Positions 41,340 to 50,927 of a stretch of DNA of 64,000 nucleotides are shown piece after piece. Every line of letters starts with the position of its first letter. Position 1 is the first letter of the stretch. Source of the DNA: Bdellovibrionales bacterium (lineage in GTDB: Bacteria; Bdellovibrionota; Bdellovibrionia; Bdellovibrionales; JAGQZY01). The DNA lies in assembly GCA_031426555.1 (NCBI GenBank), contig JANPLN010000015.1, positions 1 through 64,000 of the forward strand, written 5' to 3'. Position numbers and translations under genes: made by a program. The notes beneath the pieces were generated by a model. That model searched no databases, had not been told where the DNA came from, and worked only from the letters and a program-made list of their open reading frames with translations.

Positions 41340-42372
41340 TGAAATAATTGCCCTTTATGGCGGTACGTTTGATCCCTTTCATATGGGTCACACTTACTGT
41401 ATTCAAAATATTTTCGAAAAAACAAAAATCGACAAAGTTTACGTGATTCCCGCACATCAAAATCCATTAAAAGAATTTGTGGACGGTCCAACACCCGAAC
41501 AGCGCGCCGAGATGGTTCGAGCGGGTTTGCAAGACTTTGACAATGTGGAAGTGGACGATCAGGAAATTCGCCGCAAAGGGAAAAGCTACACGATTCAAAC
41601 TGTTGAAAAGTATCTCGAAGAGTACACAGCCGAACAGCTGCATCTTGTTGTGGGTTTAGATGAATTTTATCAAATTCATAAATGGCACAAGTTCGATAAG
41701 CTTCTGGAGATGTGCAATTTTATCGTGGTAAGCCGCCCAGGAAATATTTTGCCCTTTAGTAAGGAAGATCTCCCTGTGGAGCTTCGTCCTTACGTGGACG
41801 TTCTTGACCGCTCTTTTATTGCACTCACAACCGGAAGAACCGTTGAGTTTTTGCGCGTTAAGGGAATCGACGTTGCCGCCACAGAAATTCGCAAATTTTT
41901 AAAAACCAATCGCAGTGTTGATAAATTTTTAGATATCCGAGTGGAAGAGTACATTAAAGAGCACAATCTTTATCCTCTCATCGGCCCTAAAGTGGGCGAT
42001 TACCTTTTGTTTACTGAGTTTTGTGCGAACACTCTTTTTGATAGAAAAGCCATCAATGTGCGGGCGCTGCATTTAAAAGAAATGATCGCCCCATCCGACT
42101 ACGTGATCATCGCTTCGGGAACAAGCAAGCGCCACACGCAGTCACTCGGTGAGTGGCTGTACAAAGAAGTTAAAAATCAATACGGTTTAACTCCCGTGGG
42201 TATCGAGGGAATGGATGAAGGGCGCTGGGTCCTTGTGGATTTTGGGTCTTTGATTGTGCATATTTTTTATGATTACGTCCGCATGGAATACAATCTCGAA
42301 AACCTTTGGAGAATGGCCGAGGACCTTAAATTAAAAGATCCCACGCTTGATAAACCCGAAGCAGGAAAATAA
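41332..42372 (+). CDS. nadD: Nicotinate-nucleotide adenylyltransferase fused to ribosome silencing factor RsfS (Iojap)
   Basis: N-terminus GGTFDPFHMGH, SYT, ATEIR; C-terminus DYVIIASG.S.RH, WVLVDFG..IVHIF, R..YNLE.LW, all in one reading frame. Confidence 0.93.
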   Translation: MRNEIIALYGGTFDPFHMGHTYCIQNIFEKTKIDKVYVIPAHQNPLKEFVDGPTPEQRAEMVRAGLQDFDNVEVDDQEIRRKGKSYTIQTVEKYLEEYTAEQLHLVVGLDEFYQIHKWHKFDKLLEMCNFIVVSRPGNILPFSKEDLPVELRPYVDVLDRSFIALTTGRTVEFLRVKGIDVAATEIRKFLKTNRSVDKFLDIRVEEYIKEHNLYPLIGPKVGDYLLFTEFCANTLFDRKAINVRALHLKEMIAPSDYVIIASGTSKRHTQSLGEWLYKEVKNQYGLTPVGIEGMDEGRWVLVDFGSLIVHIFYDYVRMEYNLENLWRMAEDLKLKDPTLDKPEAGK

Positions 42373-42375
42373 TTT

Positions 42376-42852
42376 GTGGCGCAGATGCAGCTTCTGGTTG
42401 TCTCCGAAGACAAAGAGAACTGGCTTGCGCTCGCTCAACAAATTTACGAAAAAAAATTAAATCATTTTATCAAATTCGAAGTTGTGGCTATCAAGCCCTA
42501 CCGTGAAGCGCGCGAAAAGATCGAAGACAAGATCGCGCGCGAAGCCGAGCGGATTCTCAAAAAGATCGACGACAAAGATTATGTGATCCTTTGTGATGTG
42601 GAAGGCAAAGCGATGACCTCTGTTGAGTTTTCAAAAAAGCTTTCGAAACTTCAGGAGCACTTTAGCTCCCGTCGCTGCACATTTATTATCGGTGGGGCCT
42701 ACGGAGTCAGCGAAGCCATCCAAAAGCGCGCCAATGAAAAAATAAGCCTGTCAAAAATGACCATGAACCACCACGTTGCCCAACTCTTTCTGCTAGAACA
42801 AATCTACCGCGCCTTCACCATCCTCAAGGGCATCCCCTACCACAACGAATAA
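42376..42852 (+). CDS. rlmH: 23S rRNA pseudouridine1915 N3-methyltransferase
   Basis: FIIGGAYG, SLS.MT..H, LEQIYRAFTI..G.PYH. Confidence 0.96.
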   Translation: MAQMQLLVVSEDKENWLALAQQIYEKKLNHFIKFEVVAIKPYREAREKIEDKIAREAERILKKIDDKDYVILCDVEGKAMTSVEFSKKLSKLQEHFSSRRCTFIIGGAYGVSEAIQKRANEKISLSKMTMNHHVAQLFLLEQIYRAFTILKGIPYHNE

Positions 42853-43085
42853 AGGTACGGACACACTTTTGGGACTCAGAGCATAAAATTTTCTCTAGAA
42901 GAATTCTTTAAACCTTTCATTTACGAGCTCACGTGCGAACGGGGCGTATCCGTGGGGCGTCATGCAATGACGACCTACGAAGACGAGCCCGTGTCCGCGA
43001 GTGCTGCGAAATAAATGAAAGGTTTAAAGAATTCTTCTAGAGAAAATTTTATGCTCTGAGTCCCAAAAGTGTGTCTGTACCTTTA
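42850..43085. mobile_element. 236-bp palindromic MITE/REPIN-like element
   Basis: 74-bp terminal inverted repeats (42850-42923 / 43012-43085, 1 mismatch), GC-rich self-complementary core; no transposase in window, so mobility is inferred. Confidence 0.7.
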
Positions 43086-44960
43086 GAGTTCGATTTGTAC
43101 GCCGAGTTCCACAACCTGCTGGCGTGGAATATTATAAAAGACGATGGCGCCTTCGGAGTTTTTGGACATAAACGAAAAAAGTTTTTCGCGCCAAATCGCC
43201 ATGCCCCGATTGTGAGTGGCGATAATAGTTTCTTTGCCCAGAAAAAACGACGTCTGTTCGGGATCAAGAACGATTTGGCTTTCGCCGGTGACGTCAAAAA
43301 TATCGGTGATATCGGGTTTTTCCATAAAGCCATAGCGCACCGACATTCGATAAAAACCATCTTTGAGTTCTGTAGTTTCAACATGCGCGTTTTTGCGAAT
43401 GAACGGAACTTCTTCCACAAATATCGATAGAAAAATATTTCGCTCGTGAAGAACTTTGTTGTGCTTCACATTGTGCAGAAGTGCCAGAGGAATCCCCGAA
43501 GGCTCGGCGGTCATAAATATCGCGGTTCCAGGCACCCGAGCTGGTGGTTTGGTTCGGATGTCTTTGAGAAATTGTTCGAAGGGAATGGTGTGGGATTTGA
43601 GATATTCAAAAAGAATAGACTTTCCAGTTTTCCAGGTGGTCATGATCATAAACAGCACGGATGCCAGCGCCAGGGGAAACCATCCGCCGTGCTGAATTTT
43701 GATAACGTTCGACGACAAGAATATAATGTCCACAGCCATCATCAAAACAAAAGCGATGTATGTCACGGTGGCAGACCAGCGCCACAGTCTACGCGCAACA
43801 ATACACGCCAAAGCGGTGGTAATGATCATAGTGAGCGCGACGGCAATTCCGTAAGCGGCCGCAAGCGCACTGGAAGTTTGAAAGGTAATCACTAACCAAA
43901 CCGTCATTGCGAGTAGGAGCCAATTGATGTGGGGCATGTAGATTTGCCCCTTGGTAATGCTGGAGGTGTGCACAATGCGCAGACGCGGGAGATAACCTAA
44001 GTGAATTGCTTGTTGAGAAATGGAATAAACACCAGTGATCAATGCTTGCGAAGCAATGACTGCTGCCATCGTCGAGAGAATGACCATGGGATACAATCCC
44101 CAGCTTGGAACTAAATAGAAAAATGGATTGGCTTTAGCCTCTGGTGAAGTCAGCAAAAGCGCACCCTGGCCCAAATAGTTTAACAACAAGCAAGGGAAAG
44201 CGACATAGTACCAAGCTTTGCGAATGGCCGACGCCCCAAAGTGCCCCATGTCCGCGTACATCGCTTCGGCCCCAGTCGTGGTTAGAAAAACAGCGCCCAG
44301 GACAATGAGAATTTTACTCCCCCCGTTAATACAAAAATCAATGGCGTAAACGGGATTGAAGGCTTCGAGAACAACAGGAGCTTTAACAATCGCAAAAATT
44401 CCCAAAGTTCCAATGGTGGCAAACCACAAGAGAATGATGGGACCAAATACGGCGCCGATTTTTGCTGTTCCATAATGTTGCGCCCAAAATAAAACAACGA
44501 GGATTGTGATAGTGATCGGGACTACAAAAGGTTTAAACATCGGAGTCGCCACATTAAGTCCCTCAACAGCGCCCAAAATAGTAACTGCCGGCGTTATGAC
44601 GCCATCACCAAATAAAAGTGCGGCTCCAAATAAACCAAACATCAGCATCAAGCTTCTTTTTGTGTTCTCTACAGGACGCAACGACGAGATCAACGCTGTA
44701 AGGGCAAGCACTCCGCCCTCACCTTTGTTATCGGCGCGCAAAACAAACATCAAATACTTAAGCGAAACAATAAGAATCAGCGACCAAATCATCAGCGAAA
44801 GGACACCCAGAACATTGCCGGCATCGGTGGTCATGCCGTCGGCATGGTTGAAAGCCTCACGCATCGCATAGAGGGGACTGGTACCAATGTCTCCAAACAC
44901 AACACCAAGAGCCGCGAGAATAACTGTAGATTCGCCAACAGAGGCTTTTTCTCTTCTCAT
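43083..44960 (-). CDS. kup: KUP/HAK/KT potassium transporter
   Basis: GVVFGDIGTSPLYA, RADNKGEGG, EAMYADMGHF, HNKVLHE; start reassigned to ATG 44960. Confidence 0.97.
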   Translation of the reverse strand: MRREKASVGESTVILAALGVVFGDIGTSPLYAMREAFNHADGMTTDAGNVLGVLSLMIWSLILIVSLKYLMFVLRADNKGEGGVLALTALISSLRPVENTKRSLMLMFGLFGAALLFGDGVITPAVTILGAVEGLNVATPMFKPFVVPITITILVVLFWAQHYGTAKIGAVFGPIILLWFATIGTLGIFAIVKAPVVLEAFNPVYAIDFCINGGSKILIVLGAVFLTTTGAEAMYADMGHFGASAIRKAWYYVAFPCLLLNYLGQGALLLTSPEAKANPFFYLVPSWGLYPMVILSTMAAVIASQALITGVYSISQQAIHLGYLPRLRIVHTSSITKGQIYMPHINWLLLAMTVWLVITFQTSSALAAAYGIAVALTMIITTALACIVARRLWRWSATVTYIAFVLMMAVDIIFLSSNVIKIQHGGWFPLALASVLFMIMTTWKTGKSILFEYLKSHTIPFEQFLKDIRTKPPARVPGTAIFMTAEPSGIPLALLHNVKHNKVLHERNIFLSIFVEEVPFIRKNAHVETTELKDGFYRMSVRYGFMEKPDITDIFDVTGESQIVLDPEQTSFFLGKETIIATHNRGMAIWREKLFSFMSKNSEGAIVFYNIPRQQVVELGVQIEL

Positions 44961-45061
44961 GAAGGAAACGAAGATGCTCCGACTCCCGGAAATAGTCAAT
45001 CCGGTTTCGCCAAAACAAACAGGCGGCAGGTGGCACATAACTTGCTGATAACACTGGCGAA

Positions 45062-45664
45062 ATGAATAGCTTTAAAGGTTGGCTCAGAGTCTGTGCGTTT
45101 TGTTCGAGTGGCTGGGGGCACAGAGATCTACTCTGCGACGCCTGCTGGGAGATTTTGTGGCACCAAGAGAGGTTTCGCAGAGGATTTTTTGTAACGCCTG
45201 AATTTCCAGTGTCGGCAATGTGGACTTGGAGCACATCTTCAAAACCAATCGAATGCTTGGTTCGATCACAAAAATTTACGGGCTTAGCGCGGGCGCGGGA
45301 AAAAATCTTTCGGCATTACCTTACTTACTCTTTGGGACCTCCGCCGACTTTGATTGTTTATGTCATTCCTAAAAATAAAACCTGTGATCATGCTTCGGAA
45401 GGAGCCCATATATTGGCAAAATGTTTCGGAGTGGGGGCTTTTGCAATCGAGATGGAGCCGCGAATTCGCTACAAGTCGAAAGGACGAAGAGAGCGTGGAG
45501 AAGCGCAGAGAATCACCAGTGCACTCCGGGTTTGCCGGGACCACAACGTGTGGTTTTACGATGATGTCATTACCACCGGCTCTACGGCGAGAGCTGTTTG
45601 GGCGGCACTTGGGAAACCTCAGGGGTTTCAGGCAGTTGCTCTCGTCTACAGGGAGAGTCGTTGA
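45062..45664 (+). CDS. comF: ComF family protein (Zn finger + PRT domain)
   Basis: CAFC...CDAC and DDVITTGST PRPP-binding loop; divergent. Confidence 0.75.
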   Translation: MNSFKGWLRVCAFCSSGWGHRDLLCDACWEILWHQERFRRGFFVTPEFPVSAMWTWSTSSKPIECLVRSQKFTGLARAREKIFRHYLTYSLGPPPTLIVYVIPKNKTCDHASEGAHILAKCFGVGAFAIEMEPRIRYKSKGRRERGEAQRITSALRVCRDHNVWFYDDVITTGSTARAVWAALGKPQGFQAVALVYRESR

Positions 45665-45748
45665 AAGCAATGAACCGTTCAGCTTAAAAGTTTTTCATTT
45701 CGGCCTGTAAAAATTGAGATTTTTTGAAGAATTTGCTAAGTCATAGGG

Positions 45749-46432
45749 ATGAAACATTGGGTTTTTGCAGTTTGTCTTTTTTGGCTTTCATTAGCGGGTT
45801 CGGCAACCCAGCGTGCTGATCAAGTGGAACTTCTCAAAAAAGTAGATGCAAAGTATATCGTCGCGAAAACCGTGACCATGGCGGTCAATAAAACCGACAA
45901 ATTAAGTGCACTCGAGCAGACAAAATCTTCCGAGGGAACTCTGCAAATGAAAAAAGGCAAGCTTCGCATGGAGCTCACGTCTTCGGAGACGGATAAAGAG
46001 ACGGGCAAAGAACAGTCTTTAGTGGTCGTCGACGGCAAAAATCTATGGCTAGTGAGTCCACCGGTCAAAGATGCGAAAAATTCAAAAACTCAGGTTGCGA
46101 AAACAAAACTCGCAAACAAAAAGGCGAAATCGCATTTGCTTTTACAAATTCTCACCGATGGCGGCGTGCTTCGTTTTTTCCAAGTGGACAAATCTGTGGA
46201 GCAAGACGATATGGTGGTTTATTTTTTAAAGCCTGAAAAGTCTATGCAAGAGATTCAAAAAGCCCAAGTGCTGGTAGATAAGACAAAACAGGTGATTGCC
46301 CAGTTTAAATATTGGGATGCCATGGAAAACGAAACAAGCTATCAGTTTACAAATGTTGAATTTGATAAGTCCATTAAGGACTCGGTATTTACCTATGCAC
46401 CCCCCAAAGACGCTCAAGTGAGCGAGTTCTAG
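45749..46432 (+). CDS. lolA: Outer-membrane lipoprotein carrier LolA family
   Basis: Signal peptide, G.L.MK.GKLR, VVVDGKNLW, F...PP; upstream of rimO. Confidence 0.82.
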   Translation: MKHWVFAVCLFWLSLAGSATQRADQVELLKKVDAKYIVAKTVTMAVNKTDKLSALEQTKSSEGTLQMKKGKLRMELTSSETDKETGKEQSLVVVDGKNLWLVSPPVKDAKNSKTQVAKTKLANKKAKSHLLLQILTDGGVLRFFQVDKSVEQDDMVVYFLKPEKSMQEIQKAQVLVDKTKQVIAQFKYWDAMENETSYQFTNVEFDKSIKDSVFTYAPPKDAQVSEF

Positions 46433-46438
46433 GATCCC

Positions 46439-47836
46439 ATGAAAAAAACAGTCCATATGATCAGTCTCGGTTGTCCTAAAAATCTCGTCGATAGCGAAAT
46501 GATGTTGGGTTCGCTTTTTAAAGATGGCTACGAGATCACGCAAAACGAAAGCGAAGCCGAAACAATCATTGTGAACACCTGCAGCTTTATCGACGAGTCG
46601 AAACAAGAATCCATCCAGAAAATTTTAGACGCCTCTGAGTACAGAGAAACCGGAAAACTAAAAAATTTGGTTGTCACCGGGTGTCTACCGCAAAGATACA
46701 AAGAGGAGTTGGTGAAAGAACTTCCTGAAGTGGATATTTTTGTGGGGTCGGGTGAGTTTCAGAAAATTTCGCAAATTTTAAAAGCGAAAGAAGCTGGGTT
46801 GGCGCAAAAAGAATACTTCCACTTGCCAACGTATTTGCAGGAGGAAAGCACTCCGCGTGTAAACTCGGAGCCATTTTATCGCGCGTACATTAAAATTTCA
46901 GAGGGTTGCTTAAAGAGATGTTCCTTTTGCGCCATTCCAAAAATTCGAGGGAACCTCCAATCGCGAAGAGTTGACGCCATTGTCAACGAAGCGAAGTTGC
47001 TTGTTGCGGGCGGGGTGCGCGAAGTGAATATCATTTCCCACGACTTTACAGATTATGGTTGGGATCTTCGCCGGCAAAATCCAGAAATTAAAGATTCTCC
47101 ACTGGAACTTTTAAAGGCGCTGTCGGGTGTGAAAGGTTTGGACTGGATTCGTTTGTTGTACCTTTATCCAGACGGACTTGATGAAGACGTTCTGATGTTG
47201 ATGCGCGAGAGAAAAAATTTGGTAAAGTATTTCGATATGCCACTTCAGCACATTAACAATAAAATGCTAAAAGTGATGAACCGTAAAATGACCCGCGTTG
47301 AAATCGAAAAGACTCTGAATAACATTCGCCGTCTGATGCCAGAAGCCGTTATCCGCACGCAGTTTATTGTCGGATTTCCGGGTGAGGGTGAAGAGGAATT
47401 TGCAGAGTTGATGTCGTTTGTCGAAGAGCAAAAGTTTGATCGCGTGGGGTGTTTTAAATACTCTCCGCAAGATGGAACTGCGGGCGGCAAAATGGACGAT
47501 CAAATCGACGAAGAGGTCAAAGAAGAAAGATTTCATCGCCTCATGAAGTTACAGCAGAAGATGAGCAAAAAAATCCACAAACGCTTTGTGGGCAAAACAG
47601 TTCCCGTAATTATCGACGGCTTGAGTGAGGAGTCGGAGCTTTTACTTCAAGGGCGCACTTCGCAGCAGGCTCCAGGAATTGACGGCGTGGTATTGATTAA
47701 CGAAGGCGACGCTAAGGTTGGAGACATCGTGAATGTAAAAATCACGGCCAGCCACGACTACGACATGGTTGGGCACATAGTTAGTCCAACAACAGAATGG
47801 GTCGACGCCGAACGATCTGAACAGCTTTTACAATAA
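46439..47836 (+). CDS. rimO: Ribosomal protein S12 methylthiotransferase
   Basis: SLGCPKNLVDSE, NTC.FI, KISEGC...CSFC.IP, TRAM domain. Confidence 0.97.
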   Translation: MKKTVHMISLGCPKNLVDSEMMLGSLFKDGYEITQNESEAETIIVNTCSFIDESKQESIQKILDASEYRETGKLKNLVVTGCLPQRYKEELVKELPEVDIFVGSGEFQKISQILKAKEAGLAQKEYFHLPTYLQEESTPRVNSEPFYRAYIKISEGCLKRCSFCAIPKIRGNLQSRRVDAIVNEAKLLVAGGVREVNIISHDFTDYGWDLRRQNPEIKDSPLELLKALSGVKGLDWIRLLYLYPDGLDEDVLMLMRERKNLVKYFDMPLQHINNKMLKVMNRKMTRVEIEKTLNNIRRLMPEAVIRTQFIVGFPGEGEEEFAELMSFVEEQKFDRVGCFKYSPQDGTAGGKMDDQIDEEVKEERFHRLMKLQQKMSKKIHKRFVGKTVPVIIDGLSEESELLLQGRTSQQAPGIDGVVLINEGDAKVGDIVNVKITASHDYDMVGHIVSPTTEWVDAERSEQLLQ

Positions 47837-48308
47837 AAAAGTACTGGAAGGCCCACACGAGACAAAAAAGCGTGAGATAGATTCCGAGGGGGCGTTCAAA
47901 GGTGATAAGTCCCGCATACTCACCAAAATAATATCCAACCGCACCTGAAACGCCGATCAATAAATGAAACCACAGAGGTTTATTGGCGTAGCGGTCAATA
48001 AATTCAATAAACAAAAGTGAGAATACAGGCCAAAACGAAAGCAGCCATAATGGTGGGAAAAACGAGTTGTGGTTTGGAAATTCGTAAAAACCCAAGTGCT
48101 GATTGAGCAGCTCAAAAAGAAAGCCAAAGATAACAACCGTGAAAACCTTGGCCAGCGCCAGACGACGCTTTTTTTGCACGGATACATTAATGGCCACAAG
48201 ACCAACGCCGCAAAGCCATGGAATCAACCAGGAATAGTTTTGCGAGGCCGCCCAAAGACAAACAGCCCAACCTATTTTAAATGAGATAACATTCAGTGTC
48301 TTATTCAC
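47781..48308 (-). CDS. Membrane protein, DUF2878-like
   Basis: Multiple TMs, N...F..GW and PPLWLLSFW motifs. Confidence 0.65.
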   Translation of the reverse strand: MNKTLNVISFKIGWAVCLWAASQNYSWLIPWLCGVGLVAINVSVQKKRRLALAKVFTVVIFGFLFELLNQHLGFYEFPNHNSFFPPLWLLSFWPVFSLLFIEFIDRYANKPLWFHLLIGVSGAVGYYFGEYAGLITFERPLGIYLTLFCLVWAFQYFFIVKAVQIVRRRPILLLD

Positions 48309-48823
48309 ATTTTGTACGAGTAAATGTCCGTGTAGTTTCGTCCGAGTTCATCCGAGTCCATTCCGTAACCCACCACATAGCGATCATCAATTGTCATTCC
48401 GATATAATCTGGCTTTAAAGGAATTTCGCGACGGGCGGGCTTGTCGAGGAGTGTGAGAATTTTAAGAGATGCAGGATTCGACGCCATTAAGCGGCTTTTT
48501 AAAAAATTGAGCGTTCGTCCGTTATCAATGATCTCTTCCACGATGATAACGTTTTTGCCTTGAACATTGGTGCTGATGTCCTTGATTATTTTTAACGATC
48601 CGCCTTTTTCAGAAGACGTCAAATAAACGAAATCAACTTTTTGTTGCAGCGAAATTTGTCGCATCAGATCGGCCACAAAAAAAACAGAACCCTTCAGTGG
48701 ACAAATAAAAATAACTTCGCGTCCGTGGTAGTCAATTTCGATTTCTTTGGCCAGACGATGAACGAGCTCTGCGATTTTCTTTTGCGAGATAAATGGTGTC
48801 ATATTTTCTTTAAGTTGTTGCAT
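48305..48823 (-). CDS. hpt: Hypoxanthine phosphoribosyltransferase-like protein
   Basis: LKGS..F..DL, VIIVEEIIDNG.TL, LLDKP.RR, VVGYGMD; start at ATG 48823. Confidence 0.85.
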   Translation of the reverse strand: MQQLKENMTPFISQKKIAELVHRLAKEIEIDYHGREVIFICPLKGSVFFVADLMRQISLQQKVDFVYLTSSEKGGSLKIIKDISTNVQGKNVIIVEEIIDNGRTLNFLKSRLMASNPASLKILTLLDKPARREIPLKPDYIGMTIDDRYVVGYGMDSDELGRNYTDIYSYKM

Positions 48824-49349
48824 ATAACCCCGTGTCGTTGATGGATGAAAGAGACAAAAATTTATCAATTTTGTTTTGCAGCTCTTCGCTTTGTGGCTGG
48901 TGTTTCAAAGCCTTTTGGTACTCAAGCACAGCATCACTCAAAAGGTTATTGGCAGCGTACAAGTCGCCAAGCTCTGTATGCTTTTGTGCGAGCTTCTGCA
49001 GCAAAAACGCATCTTTTCCAAGTTTTTGCTTTTGTTTCATGATCGAGTAGGCGTCTTCGAAAACTTTTTTGGCCTCATCGTAGCGACCTAGATCATTGAG
49101 AATAATGGAGAGGCCCACGCTGGAATCCGTAAATTCGGGATCGATTTCCAGTGAGTGCTTAAATAATTGAATGGCGCGTTTTAATTGCCCTTTATCAAAA
49201 GCGATGGAGGCCAACATGTAGGGGACATCTGGTTTTTGGTTGGGCTCGCTTTGCAGCTGTAACAGCAACGGCTCGGCAAGCTTGTAGTGCCCCTTATTGA
49301 AGTGGTCCTTGGCGGTATCTAGAAGTATTTTAAGATCATCCTGCAACAC
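48810..49349 (-). CDS. Tetratricopeptide repeat protein
   Basis: TPR consensus repeats; overlaps bamD and hpt. Confidence 0.8.
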   Translation of the reverse strand: MLQDDLKILLDTAKDHFNKGHYKLAEPLLLQLQSEPNQKPDVPYMLASIAFDKGQLKRAIQLFKHSLEIDPEFTDSSVGLSIILNDLGRYDEAKKVFEDAYSIMKQKQKLGKDAFLLQKLAQKHTELGDLYAANNLLSDAVLEYQKALKHQPQSEELQNKIDKFLSLSSINDTGLYATT

Positions 49350-50085
49350 CAGAGAACTCCTTTTTCGCCGTCGAAGCTTCTGAAGACTGTGGGTGTTCCG
49401 AAATCAATTTCTGAACATGGGCTGCGGCACGATCGGGAAGTTTTGCGTATTTAGCCGAAAGCGCTGCCCGCAAGAGTCCATAGGGAACTTTCTGGTTGAG
49501 AGGAAAAGATTGCAAAAAAAGTTCGTAGCGAGTGAGAGCCCCTAAATACTTTTCCTGCTTAAAATAAAAATCGGCAATGTAGAGCTCTTTGTCGGCAAGC
49601 ATTTGAATCAGCTTGAAGCGTTTTTCTTTGGCGTCGGCCGCATGTTTCGATTGCGGATACAGGGCGGTGATTTCTTCGTAATAGTTGATTGCTTGTGACG
49701 CCGTTGTGAGATCGCGATCCACGGTCGACGGAAGATCTTCTCGCAAACTCTCCGCCGCATTATAAGTCACATAGTCCATCATCGGATGCTTTGGATGAAG
49801 TTCTTTAAAAATTTTGTAGGCGCTGTAAGCTTCGATGTAGTCTTCTTTTTTAGAATGACAATCGGCCACTCGCAGTTCGGCCTCTATGGCTAATTTGCTG
49901 TAGGGGTGTTTGTTCGAAAGGGTTTTGTACTGATTGATGGCTTCTTCGTAACGCTCTTGTTTTTGATAAAAATCGCCGAGCTTAAATAGCCCCTCGGGCG
50001 TGTTGAGATTTACTTTGGGCTCTGTGACGCAGGAGACGAGGAACAAAGCGCTAAAAAGAACCGTTAAAATACGAAAGCATTTCAT
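49336..50085 (-). CDS. bamD: Outer membrane protein assembly factor BamD
   Basis: Lipobox LVSC, HPYS, F..LHP.H...DY, DRD, E..IA.FY. Confidence 0.92.
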   Translation of the reverse strand: MKCFRILTVLFSALFLVSCVTEPKVNLNTPEGLFKLGDFYQKQERYEEAINQYKTLSNKHPYSKLAIEAELRVADCHSKKEDYIEAYSAYKIFKELHPKHPMMDYVTYNAAESLREDLPSTVDRDLTTASQAINYYEEITALYPQSKHAADAKEKRFKLIQMLADKELYIADFYFKQEKYLGALTRYELFLQSFPLNQKVPYGLLRAALSAKYAKLPDRAAAHVQKLISEHPQSSEASTAKKEFSGVAG

Positions 50086-50091
50086 GTAGGC

Positions 50092-50120
50092 AGTTTAGAA
50101 AGGCTGAAGCGGAAAGTCAA
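50092..50120 (-). promoter_or_regulatory. Putative leaderless sigma70 promoter of bamD
   Basis: TTGACT-N17-TAAACT-N6-ATG with no SD. Confidence 0.7.
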
Positions 50121-50890
50121 AGGCTGGCAGTCGTTGCCGCAACTGGGGGACCGGAATGAATAAAGATTGCGTTTTTCTGCACCCACCCAATGGCAGTGGA
50201 ACCTCTCTGAATTTGCAACCACTCTCCGTTTTGCCGATGCACGACAACGTCATCGCCTTCTTTAAAATCGAACAAAGCTGGCGAGTCCGCGTTTGGCGAA
50301 GAATGGATGGCGACAGGCTCCATCACTGTGGCCATGGTGTGCCAGTGAACAAGGCCGATGTGGAGAGCAGCAAAGCCCGCCAAGAAGGCAGAGGTCGTTA
50401 TGCAAATGGGCACCGGCCACAGAGGAGGCTCGGGGATTTTAAGTTTGCTGGCGCGTTTTCTTCTGATACTAAAAACCACACTGAGCGTAATGAAAATAAG
50501 CAAAACTCCCAGGAGCCAGAATAAAGACACATAGCGTGGTCCTTTTTGCCACCACTGCGCGGGAATGATCGCCGGGTTTTTTTGCTTTTCAAGCTGACTT
50601 ACGCCGGCGACGGCAGGAGAAAACCCAGGCTGCAAAAATAGCGCTTTGCGCCAGTAAGCCATGGCCCGCCCTGGATGTTGGTCGGAAAATTCCACTAAAC
50701 CTAGGTTGTAAAGCAACACAGGGTCGTTCGGAGATTTTTGTAAAAGCTGCAGAAAACTTTCACGACTTTTCGCGAGATCAGTTTGCTTGAAACTCTCGAG
50801 AGCTTGGGTGAAAACAGTGTCTGTCGAAGCGTCGGGAAATGCTGACGAGACCCAAAATGTCAGTGATACTAATAGGCAAAGTGGTAACAT
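50117..50890 (-). CDS. TPR + TM + SH3 protein (BatE-like)
   Basis: Signal peptide, YNLG...G.A.AYW.KAL, two TMs, SH3-like W..I...GWV; start 50890 (alternative 50914). Confidence 0.75.
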   Translation of the reverse strand: MLPLCLLVSLTFWVSSAFPDASTDTVFTQALESFKQTDLAKSRESFLQLLQKSPNDPVLLYNLGLVEFSDQHPGRAMAYWRKALFLQPGFSPAVAGVSQLEKQKNPAIIPAQWWQKGPRYVSLFWLLGVLLIFITLSVVFSIRRKRASKLKIPEPPLWPVPICITTSAFLAGFAALHIGLVHWHTMATVMEPVAIHSSPNADSPALFDFKEGDDVVVHRQNGEWLQIQRGSTAIGWVQKNAIFIHSGPPVAATTASL

Positions 50891-50927
50891 AGACAATGAT
50901 TTTAATTGAGCCATCGAGGGAGCGCAA

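Noticed and set aside
43049..43430. ORFs 43049-43420 (-) and 43071-43430 (+) touching the palindromic element, as a possible transposase
   Set aside because: Shadow frames of kup with no DDE or HUH motifs
45062..45664. comF as a pseudogene
   Set aside because: Divergent, but the frame is intact and retains the Cys pairs and DDVITTGST loop
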